Shown here: piece by piece, positions 38,001 through 50,290 of the stretch
Position numbering within the stretch: the stretch's first letter is position 1
Layout of the letters: each line of letters starts with the position of its first letter
Notes under the pieces: model-generated
Seen by the model: only the letters and a program-made list of their open reading frames with translations
The model's database searches: none
Told to the model about the DNA's origin: nothing
Program-made: the position numbers and the translations under genes
DNA from: Gracilinanus agilis
Lineage: Eukaryota
Direction of reading: 5' to 3'
NCBI RefSeq assembly: GCF_016433145.1
Contig: NC_058130.1
Location: 710,306,371 to 710,370,370, forward strand
DNA length: 64,000 nucleotides

Positions 38001-38394
38001 AAAGAAGGCGGAGTCAGGGATGCCGCTGGAATCCTGGGGAAGCAGAGCTGCCTTGTAGGGTCTTCGATTTCAAGCCTAAAAGGCCCTTCGTGGACCTTCA
38101 TTTATTCAATCCCCTCATTTTACATTTGGGGAAATCGAGTCCCGCAGCCCAGAAGGGTCTTGCCCAACAACATAACCACAGTAATAAGTGGAGAGTGGGA
38201 ATCTCATCACCTCCTGCTCTGCTGAGTCTAGCTCGGCGGGCTGCTCTCTCCAGGGGGGAACGAGGGAAGGAAAGTTTGGAGGAATCTATCACTCACCAGT
38301 CCACCGGCTGTCCAGCGTCTCCATAACAGGAGATGGCGGCGGCGGCGGCGGCGGTAGCTGGCAGGAATCCTGCCAGGAGCAGGAGGGCAGTCAT
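34731..38394 (-). CDS. DNASE2: Deoxyribonuclease II alpha (lysosomal acid DNase), complete, 6 exons, 351 aa
   Basis: Exons (minus strand): 38394-38297, 37563-37395, 37285-37207, 35727-35566, 35460-35263, 35080-34731; total 1056 nt. Shows a signal peptide, [11 protein letters not shown], and both PLD-type catalytic motifs (RGHTKG, HDHAKW). Confidence 0.97.
35263..35460 (-). CDS. DNASE2: DNASE2 exon 5
   Basis: [21 protein letters not shown]...[12 protein letters not shown] (198 nt). Confidence 0.94.
35566..35727 (-). CDS. DNASE2: DNASE2 exon 4
   Basis: [21 protein letters not shown]...[10 protein letters not shown]. Confidence 0.95.
35769..36918 (+). mobile_element. 5'-truncated marsupial L1 (ORF2 C-terminus, 3'UTR, polyA) in DNASE2 intron 3, itself interrupted by a SINE
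   Basis: [17 protein letters not shown]...CWRGCG and LGLYPKEI...[13 protein letters not shown]...GEWLNKLWY match L1 ORF2p; A-tail at ~36901-36921; TSD aaagggactagaaga/aaaggggttagaaga. Confidence 0.92.
35794..35978 (+). mobile_element. Young SINE1_Mdo-type SINE
   Basis: tRNA-like head ggggcagctgggtagctcagtgg...ggttcaaa; A-tail; perfect TSD aaactatcaataag. Confidence 0.9.
37207..37285 (-). CDS. DNASE2: DNASE2 exon 3
   Basis: [11 protein letters not shown]...RGHTK (catalytic His/Lys). Confidence 0.95.
37395..37563 (-). CDS. DNASE2: DNASE2 exon 2
   Basis: [28 protein letters not shown]...YKGNLSE. Confidence 0.95.
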
Positions 38395-38900
38395 GGGGCG
38401 AGGAGGAGGAAGAGAAGGAGGTCTGAAAGAAGAAGGCAAGAGCGTGGGTGCTGGAGGTGAGGTCCCCTCTGTGGAACAGCGCTGGCCGAGCTGAGCGCCA
38501 ACCGTGGAGAGGGAAATCTGGGGGCCAGGCCCGAGAGGCTCTGCAGTGTTCAGCTGGGGGCCGGGGAGGGGCCCCCGGCTGAGCACAAGACTCAGACCCC
38601 GAGATTTCCCCCCGCAAACTCTCACTTCCCTAAATCATGCCGGTAGCTCGCAGGCTCTAGAGTTAAAGGTCGCGGCCCGGGAAGGGAAAGGGAAAGCCCC
38701 ACAGCCCGGGGCAGGCCCCAGTACCCCCTTTTCCTCTGCCCTCGGGCTTTAAACCCACTGAGTAAGTTTCACCCTTCCGAGGCCAGAGAAGGCCCCCATT
38801 ACCGCCCCCACGGAACTGATCCCGCTCTTGACTCCGCCCCTTCATCCTGGCCCGCCCATGATCCGCCCTCCGCACTTCCAGCCAGACTCCTCCTCCTAAC
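38180..38900 (-). promoter_or_regulatory. CpG-rich DNASE2 promoter/exon 1 region
   Basis: Local enrichment of CpG and GC boxes around and upstream of the ATG, against CpG-depleted flanks. Confidence 0.65.
38297..38394 (-). CDS. DNASE2: DNASE2 exon 1 coding part (signal peptide)
   Basis: [33 protein letters not shown]; donor gtgagt. Confidence 0.93.
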
Positions 38901-39858
38901 TCTCGAGCGAGTGGAAGACTACCAGTTTAGCTCTTCTCTTTGGGCTTCGGTTTCTCAGTCTGTAAAATGGGATTACCACTCCTTTCTTGATCACCTGCAG
39001 GACCTGAGACAAAGATTCACGTAGAGGACGTTTCTTCGGGCCCAGGATTGAGATTCTAGGACCTGCGATTGCCTCCTGAAGGCTCCTAGGACTGGGATGG
39101 AGGGTTGGCATTTATCTCCCTTCCAGGCACCAAGATGGGCAAGAGAAGTTTGAGGTGGGAACCTTTCTCAACCGGCCAGAGAAGATCATTGGGATTTTGT
39201 GAAGGGATTTTAATGACCCCTACCCCATCACTCTCCTCAGGGGGCCCCTAGTTGGGGTCCCCACCCTTTGCAGAGGTTCCTTATTGCCTACCTAGAAAAG
39301 TTACATCTCCCTGCTCAGTATTTTAGACCTTCCACCATCTGATTCCCACCCCTGCCTTTCCTGCTTTTTCTCAGCTCATTCTCCAGGATAAGGTAACAGA
39401 GATCTCTTGGATGTGGAGCCAAATGCTGGCGAATGAAGTTGTGTCACTAGCTGTGTGATTTGGGGCAAGTGATTTTAGCCTCAGAGAGTCATAGATTTTA
39501 GAACTAGAAGGAGCCTTTTGAGGTCATTTTATTTCATTTTATAGATGAGGAGACATGCTTAGAGAAGAAACAGGACTTGCCCAGAATTACAGGTGGCCAA
39601 GTTTTAGATCTGGATATTTAGATATTAGATATTTTGGATCTAAGAATCTAGAACCTAGATTCTTGGACTCCCTCAAATACAATGCTGTTACTCCTATACA
39701 TAACATGCTTCCTCTGCTGAAGATATTTTTAAGGAAGAAGAAAAACTACTAAACACAAAACTATCACCAAGTCTGAAAGCCAGCTCTTGATAATTTATGC
39801 TGCCAACACCATGAAGAAAATGAAAAAGCAAGTGGCCCATTGACACTTGGCTAGGCTC

Positions 39859-40063
39859 TTTTTTGTTTTTAAACCCTTACCTTCTGTCTCGGAATCAATA
39901 CTGTGTACTGGCTCCAAGGCAGAAAAGTGATAAGGGCTAGGCAATGGGGGTTAAGTGACTTGCCCAGGGTCACACAGATAGGAAGTGTCTGAGGTCAGAT
40001 TTGAACCTAGGGCCTCCCATCTCTAGGGGTGGCTCTCGATCCACTGAGCCACCCAGCTGCCCT
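39859..40063 (-). mobile_element. SINE1_Mdo-type SINE
   Basis: Full length; TSD gg(c/t)taggctctt. Confidence 0.87.
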
Positions 40064-40439
40064 CTATGGTTAGGCTCTTGATCTCATCTAGTGGCCTTTT
40101 CTACTAATGAACCTAAAATGAGCAGAGGCTCTCCTGTCCTCCCACCATCTTCCTGGAATCTGTCCTTCATTTCCAGGATGGTCCACATCAACCTTAAGGA
40201 CAAGTGAGTAAGGACATTGGAAATGATCATCTTCCCTGACCCCCTGTCAGTCAAAAAAACAATAAGCACTTTTTATGTGTCAGCCACTGTGCTAAGGAAT
40301 ATAGAAAAAAAAGGGAAAGTTCCTACCCTCAAGGAGCACACAGTCTAATGGGGGAGAAAATATGCAAATAACTATGTACGAATAAGCTCTGTCTTTCTGT
40401 CTATCTATCCACCTTCTTCTATCTGTCTATATAATCCAT

Positions 40440-40463
40440 CTTCTATCTATCTACCTATCTATC

Positions 40464-40515
<52 letters not shown>
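40440..40515. repeat. (CTAT)n tetranucleotide microsatellite
   Basis: Direct reading. Confidence 0.9.
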
Positions 40516-40679
40516 CTGTTAATCATGGGGCAATTAGATAGCACAATGGATAGAATGCCAGGCCTGGAGAACCCAGATCTCCCATCTTAGAGGATGTGGC
40601 CTCAAACACTTCCTAACCATATCATGTAACCCCGACTGCCTAGCCCCTGTTAATTTTCTGTCTTAGAAATGATACCAAG

Positions 40680-40895
40680 ATTGGGGATGTAAATTCTAAG
40701 CGATCACCCTAGTGCAAGTATTAATAATATGGAAATAGGTCTTGATCAATGACAAATGTAAAACCCAGTGGAATTGCTCATTGGCTACAAGAGGGGCATG
40801 GGAGGAGGGGAAAGAAAGAACATGAATTGTGTAACCATGGGAAAATATTCTAAATTAATTAATTAAATAAATGAACTTAATTAAAAAAAAGAAAT
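40680..40895 (+). mobile_element. L1 3'UTR fragment
   Basis: aataatatggaaataggtcttgat...aaacccagtggaa, shared with 36745-36800. Confidence 0.75.
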
Positions 40896-42889
40896 GCTAC
40901 CAAGATAGGTAAGGGTTTTAAAAAAGTAATGTCTTTCTCTTGAGACTTAATGTAACACTTTTTGAAAATTCTGCTATTTACTCTGACTTTGGATAAGTCA
41001 CCTACCTTTTCAGGGCCTCCTTAATATGGACTAGATGACCTCTAATGTCCCTTCCAATTGATTCAACAGCTGTGATGTCCCTGCATCATCTCTCCCCACT
41101 CCACTTTTATCCATCCTCTGCTCAGCTGCCAAAGTAATTTTTTCCTAAAGTAGAGATCCTTCCCATTCAATAAGCTCTAGTGGCTCCCTGTTGCTTCCAG
41201 GATCAAATATAAAGTCCTCTCCTTGGCTTTTAAAGCCTATCCCAGTCTAACCCCTTCTTACTTGACTAATCTTATACTTCACTCCCCTGGATATATGCCA
41301 TGATCCAGCTACATGGGCCTCCTTGCTGTTCCATCCACAAGACATTCCACCTTTTTTGGCTACCCCCCACATCTGGCATGTTCTCCCTTATCACTCCTAA
41401 CTTCCCTGGCTTTCTTCAAGGTCCAGCTCAAATCCCACTTGCTGAAAGAATCTTTCTTGGTTCCCTTCAAGGTGTTGGAGCTTTCCCACCATTCTCTTCA
41501 ATTTATACTAACTATGCCACCTAAGCGTCCCTTTTTTTTTTTTTTTAAACTTCAAAGCTAGCCTTTTATTTATTCATTCATTCATTCCTTTGTTTGTTTG
41601 TTTTTAAACTTTCCCCTTCTGTCTTGGAATGGATACTAAATATTGGTTCCAAGGCAAAAGGTCTAGCCAATTGGGGTTAAGTGACTTGCTTAGGGCCACA
41701 GAGGTAAAAGTGTTGAAGGGCAGATTTGAACCCAGGACCTCTCATCTCAGGCCTGGCTCTCTATCCACTGAGAAGCCTAGTTTTTTCTACCAGCCTTTTA
41801 TTCCCTCCCTTCCTTCTGGGGTCCTAGCATTTTTAGTCCCCTGTCAATGAAAGTGGCTTTAAAAAATATATACTATTTCCCTGTCTCATGTAAAAATCAC
41901 TTTTAACGTTTGTTTTCTAACATTTGTGAGCTCCAAATTCTCTCCCTCCCTTGTTCCCTCGTACCTCCTGGAGACTGTAAGCAATTAGATCTAAGTTCTG
42001 CATGCATAATCATGCAAAACATGTTTCTACACTGGTCATGTTGAAGCATGTATTTCTTTTTAGCACGTATTTTTTTTTTTTTATGTCATCTCCCCCATTT
42101 GCATCCAGGCATCTTATGGGCAGAGAGACTATTTTTGTCTCTTTTTGTATTCACGGAGCACAAACTGAGGCTGGGCCATCTTAGCCCCAGGTCTGACCTG
42201 CCCTTCCTGGGAGAGTAAGGCCGATTCGAGAGCTGGGATCTCCCATGTCCACTCTGGTATTCTTCTTGTCGGGCCGGGCATGTGTGGGGTTGCTGGTGGC
42301 TGGCAGTGGGCAGTGAGGGAGGGGCAGTAACAGGAACAGGCCCTCACACTCTGCAATCTTGCATTTCTCACCAGTTAGCACCAGTTAAACATCAACTGCA
42401 AACAGCATTATTCAAGCAAGAACTGCAGAATCTGTATTACTGATCAGTTACCCATTCATTCTTTGTACAGGATCTATGATATTCTACGCTGGGCATCAGC
42501 TTTGTGCCTAATGGGTTTTTGAGTTACTCATTTTCTTTATTTTCCTGTTGGGTATAATGACTTACCTTTAGTGGTCCTCCAATGGATTGCATCCCCCTCC
42601 CACCCCCATCATTGAAGATAACATTCCAGAAGGGGCTCAAGATGAGTGGTGAATAATGGGGGGGACCTGCACACTAAGGGCTCTGGTATTAAAAGAATCC
42701 CCCAAATCTGCATGCACTCCTTATTCCTTATGAAATAAGTGTCAAACTCAGAACCACACCTCCACCTAAATTTAGCCATGCCCATTTTCCAGGGTTTTGG
42801 GGAAAGGGAAGATTTCTCTAGAAACTCCCAGACCCTCCATAAATATGTGAACCCTGATCCATAGCTGAAGCTGCTACTCCATTACCCAC

Positions 42890-43085
42890 TTTTTTTTTTA
42901 ACCTTTACTTTCCATCTTAGAATCACTATTGTGTATTGGCTCCAAGGCAGGTGAGTGGTAAGGGCTAGGCAGTGGGGGTGAAGTGACTTGCCCAGGGTCA
43001 CACAGCTGGGAAGTGTCTGAGGCCAGATTTGCACCTAGGACCTTCCTCTAGGCCTGACTCAATCTACTGAGCCACCCAGCTGCCT
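42890..43085 (-). mobile_element. SINE1_Mdo-type SINE
   Basis: Same family motifs. Confidence 0.85.
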
Positions 43086-44025
43086 TTTTTTATTCTACAT
43101 GCCATATTATGTTTATGCTATATTATATATGCCACTCTATTACCTTTTGGGATATTCCATCAGCTACTCCATCACTGTCAGCTCCACAGATGCTCCTCCA
43201 CCAGCTCAGAAGCGACTCCACACCCAGGGCTGCCACTCTGTCACCTTTGGGCTACTCTCTTAGCCCCCAGGCTATGGCTATTATAGTCCCTTAAACCTCT
43301 TCTTCAACTAAAATTCTTTTCTTCTGGATTGACTGTGGCTCGAGTCTCCCATTCTTGGGGCGAGACCCTGCCACAAACTTGGGGGTGTTTCTCCCACCAC
43401 AGGGTCAGGGTCAGGGTCAGGACTCTCTTGTCCCCAGCTCTGTCTCCCCACCCTGTCCCTGACAAAGTCAAGCCAGTCAGAATCACTGAAACTTTATCCA
43501 AGAACAGCAGGGGGAAAGGCAGCTTGACAAAGCAGGCTCTGGGCAGCCCGGCCCCGGACCGTCCATACTATGGGCCTAGGCTGGAGGAGAGGGGCAGGCT
43601 GGGGCCGGAGGGAGGGTGGGGGGAGGAGCAGTAACCATTCACAGCAACGGTTTGGCGATCACCCGGGAGGGCAGCCAGAGGGAAGTGGGGAGCCTGTGCC
43701 CAGAGGAGAGCCCTTCTGCTGAGCAGCAGTAGGGTCCAGGGGGCACATGAGGGCACCCGAGGACAGGCCACACTCCCCATGGGTTCAGTGCCCAGGGCTG
43801 AGGGTGGCCGTTGGAAATGGCCAGCCATCGGGCTGGGCTCGAGGTCTCAGTCCACTGGCCATTTGGGCTTCTGTTTCTGGGCACCCCGTGACTCCCTCTG
43901 TCTCCGGCTCCTTCCATGATCCGAGTTAGGGCCTGGTCCAGAGTCTTTTACCTATGGTTTCCTCTCTGTGGCTTATCCCCGGCTTGGCCGGGGCTCCATC
44001 CCGTTCCTGGAGGCCAGGCTTAGCC

Positions 44026-46469
<2,444 letters not shown>

Positions 46470-46539
46470 GGCAGCAGCCAAGCTTCTGTGTCCCCAGGTT
46501 CAGCCTTCCTGGAGCCCTTCTCACATCCAGCTCCATCTA

Positions 46540-46630
46540 GATATAGCCTCTGAGGGCTTTGAGATCCCTACAGTTCAGCCTCTCTGCCTGCAGCTGATTG
46601 GCTGGGGAGAAGACTGATAAGGGGTGGGGT
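46540..46630 (-). promoter_or_regulatory. KLF1 proximal promoter: E-box, CCAAT, GATA and CACCC sites
   Basis: CAGCTG 46591-46596, CCAAT (minus) 46597-46601, TGATAA 46615-46620, CCCCACCCC (minus) 46621-46629; TATA-like ctatat near 46541. Confidence 0.75.
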
Positions 46631-47726
46631 AGGGGAGCCCCAGGGTTACTAGTTCTTAGAGACAAACATCTGCTCTTGGGGCTCATGGATGAAACTCCTC
46701 CCCCTACCCCTCTTTGCTCTGTCTACTGCCCAGGGACCAAACCTAGACCCAGTCCAAGAATGGCCCCCACATCCGACCCTCATATCTAAACCTACTCCAA
46801 GACCTGCCCCGCTCCATGGACGGTCCCACATTCAGACCTAACACCCAGTATCTGGACCTAGGACCCCACAGCCCAGGCCAAGGCCCAGATCAAAGACCCA
46901 GGACCATGCCCTAAGCCACAGACTCCCCAGATCTCTGGACCTGGGACCCCCAAGACCCAGACTCCAACCGTCCAGCTGTGCCACATACAAGCTTTAGATC
47001 AAGACGGAGGACCCCGACAGATGCCAAATCCAGGATCCTTCCTCTCTCGTGCTTAAGACTCCTTAGATGTAGGGTCTCGCCTGATGGACCCCTCCTCTCC
47101 CTTCCAGGGCTGGAGATTAGGAGCATGCTGGGGCAAGGAGGACGTAGACGTAGGGGGCTTGGGAGAAAGCCCAAAGGAATATAATAAAAGTCTGCTCCAC
47201 TTTGCTGCCATGAGGACTGGACCTGCTAACTTGGTGTGCCCCCCAGGAGTGTGAGTGGGTCAGGAAAAGGAAGTAGAAATTAGGGGAGATCAGAGGAGGG
47301 CCTTCCCTGCCTGAGCCTAGGATCTAATTAAACCTGGGGGAAAGGCCAGGGAGGGAAGGAGCTTGGAGTTCCTGGACCCCTAGGATGATTGTATTAGAGG
47401 TTTGAGGGTCTTACCCTTGCTCTTGTTGGGTTATGGGCTCCCAGAGGACAGGATTGGGCCTCCCCCTTCTCAGTGTCCTATTTCTATATAACTTACACAA
47501 AAGTGGCCAAAGAAAGCCCACCTCCTCCAAGGAGCCTGCCCAGATCAGGGAGCCTGGGTGGGTGACTCAGAGCTCCCACTCCGGCTGGCCCCTGTCTGTG
47601 ACTGTACATTCATGGTGTTGGGGGGAATCTTCAGGGATGGAAGCTCTCAGCAGGTACTGCCTCCTCTGTTGTTCTAGGGAGAGAGGGGGGGAGGGCAGCA
47701 CCTACCCCCTCCTAACCCTTGCTTCT

Positions 47727-47788
47727 TTATCTGGCCTCTCAGCTGGGCCCAACGAGCAGGACGGTTGAGTCTGGATGCCCTGCTATCA
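47727..47788 (-). promoter_or_regulatory. Candidate KLF1 upstream enhancer (GATA-Ebox-GATA, EHS1-like)
   Basis: TTATCT 47727-47732, CAGCTG 47740-47745, CTATCA 47783-47788; the E-box and GATA are 7 nt apart. Confidence 0.6.
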
Positions 47789-48964
47789 GCACGTAACCAG
47801 GCCGGTGATTCTGATTACATTGAGGGGCCACGCAGAGGGATGGGCAGGTGTGGCCAGGCTGGGGTGGGAGGGAAGGGGAGCAGAAGGGGAAGCTGACCCT
47901 TGACCCCCTGCCCTACCACCCTTCTTACCCCAGGGTGGGGTCCATCCCAGGAAGTTCCATCCCTGGGCCTGTCCTTGCAGTGACCCCTCTGACACCCCCA
48001 GCCCTGGTCCCAGCACCTCCCCTTGTGTGCATGAACCCAATGCCTAAGAACCCAGGCGAGGGCAGGAGCCTCAAGTCAAAGACCCTTCACTCCCTGCAAT
48101 ACCCTGTCTGTCTCTGGGCCTCAGTTTCTCCATTTATAAAATAAGGGGGTCAGATTAGAGCAGTGTTGTTAAACTCAAATAGCAAGGGGGACAACTAATC
48201 TGTAAGGACAGCATGTTGACTTAGTTTTAAAATGTAAAATTATCTACATTTTATTTTTTTTTAATTTATTTTGTTAAATATTCCTCAGTTACATTTTTAA
48301 AACTCCGTGCTTTCTATCTTAGAATTGGTCCTAAGTTCTGATTCCAACGCAGAAGAGCAGTAAGGGTCTAGGCAATGGGGGTTAAGTGACTTGCTCAGGG
48401 TCATACAGATAGAAAGTGTCTGAGGTCAGATTTGAACTCAGGACCTCCCAACTCCAGACCTGGCTCTCAAACCACCGAGCCACCTGACCACCCCCTCAAT
48501 GACATGTTAAGCTGGTTGAACCAACTCTGGAATATAGGGTGAGGTGGAGAATTGGGGGGTGGTTTGACATCTCTGGATTAGCCTTGAGGTCACAGATCTT
48601 TAAGCCTTTCAGGGCTACACTTCCAAATCCCCTGGACTGGGGCCACTCGGTCCTACTGTCAGGAAGCTACTGGGGTGTAAAACAGAGACCCAGCTGGCTC
48701 ATAATGATACAGCTACGTGGATACATGCAGTCACACCCAATCATACGGCGCCAAAATGAATGCCTATCAATCACATACAAGGACTATTGTATGCAGGCGT
48801 GCAAGGTCACGTCCCCAATCACAGTCACATCTATAAAAAAAGTAGTACAGAATCATACACTGCAGAGCCTTACGCCCAATCATATAGCTAATAATAACAA
48901 TAAAATTGACAAGCATTTATTAAGCTTTATTTATTTATTTGTTTGTTTATTAAGTCCACTACAT

Positions 48965-49430
48965 CTAAGGGCAGCTAGGCAGTGCTGTGATCAGAGCATA
49001 GGGCCTGGAGTCAAGAAACTGAGTCTTCCTGGGTTCAAATCTGACCTCAGATACTTTCTAGCTAAGTGACCCTGGGCAAGTCACTTAATTCTGTTTGCCT
49101 CCATTTCCTCATCTATAAAATGAGCAGGAGGGGGCAGCTGGGTGGCTCAGTGGATTGAGAGTCAGGCCTAGAGACAGGAGGTCCTGAGTTCAAATCTGGC
49201 CTCAGACACTTCCTGGCTGTGTGACCCTGGACAAGTCACTTGACCCCCATTGCCTAGCCCTTACCACTCTTCTGCCTTAGAACCAATAGACAGTATTGAT
49301 TCTAAGATGGAAGGTGAGGGTTTAAAAACAATGAGCTAGAGAAGGACATGGCAAACCCCTCCAGCATCTTTGCCAAGAAAATCCCAAATGGAATCATGAA
49401 GAGTTAGACATGACTGAACAACACTATGTC
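48965..49430 (+). mobile_element. Mar1/MIR-like SINE with a nested SINE1_Mdo-type copy (~49130-49330)
   Basis: Two SINE heads; an RTE-like tail (gcaaacccctccagcatctttgccaagaaaatcccaaatgg) resumes after the inner copy. Confidence 0.65.
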
Positions 49431-49829
49431 TATGGCATATCTCCCTTACCTTCTCCTTATGTATTCCCCATAACTCTTTTCCCTTTCTCGCCAAACAACT
49501 TTGAATAATTATGTTCCTTCTTCATCTGATTCCTCATTACTTATTTATTTATTTCTTGCAACATGACTACTGACCCTACAGTTCAACTATTCCTTCCAAG
49601 GTTACAAAGGATAGGGGCAACTAGGTAGCATAGTGGATAGTGCATTAGGCTTGGAATTGAACAACCTAGGTTTAAATCTGGCCTCAGATACTTCTTAGCT
49701 ATGTGACCTTGGGCAAGTCACTTATTCCTATTTGCCTGGCCCTTGCCCATTTGTCTAGAAATTATTACTAAGACAAACAGTAAGGGTTTTTAAAAAGAAG
49801 GAAAAAAGTTACTAATGATATATATTTTT

Positions 49830-50290
49830 GGTTTTTAATTTTTTTTTAATTTTTTAGAAAAATTTTCCATGGTTACATGATTAATGTTTTTTCTTTCCTC
49901 TCCAACCCCCCACCCTCACCCTGTGTAGCCGACGAACATTTCCACTGGGTTTTATATATGTCATTGATCAAGACCCATTTCCATATTATTGATAGTTGCA
50001 CTGGGGTGATTGTTTAAAGTCTACATCCCCAATCATATCTGCATTAACCCGTGTGTTCAAGCAGTTATTTTTCTTCTGTGTTTCTACTCCCACAGTTCTT
50101 CCTCTGGATGTGGATAGCTTCTTTCTCATAAGTCCCTCAGAATTATCCTGGGTCATTGCATTGCTGCTAGTACAGAAGTACATTACATTAGATTTTACCA
50201 CAGTGTATCAGTCTCTGTGTATAATGTTCTCCTGGTTCTGCTCCTTTCACTCTGCATCAGTTCCTGAAGGTCATTCCAGTTCACATACCA
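49830..50290 (-). mobile_element. L1 3'-end fragment
   Basis: Reverse-complement similarity to the L1 3' region at 36500-36900. Confidence 0.8.
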
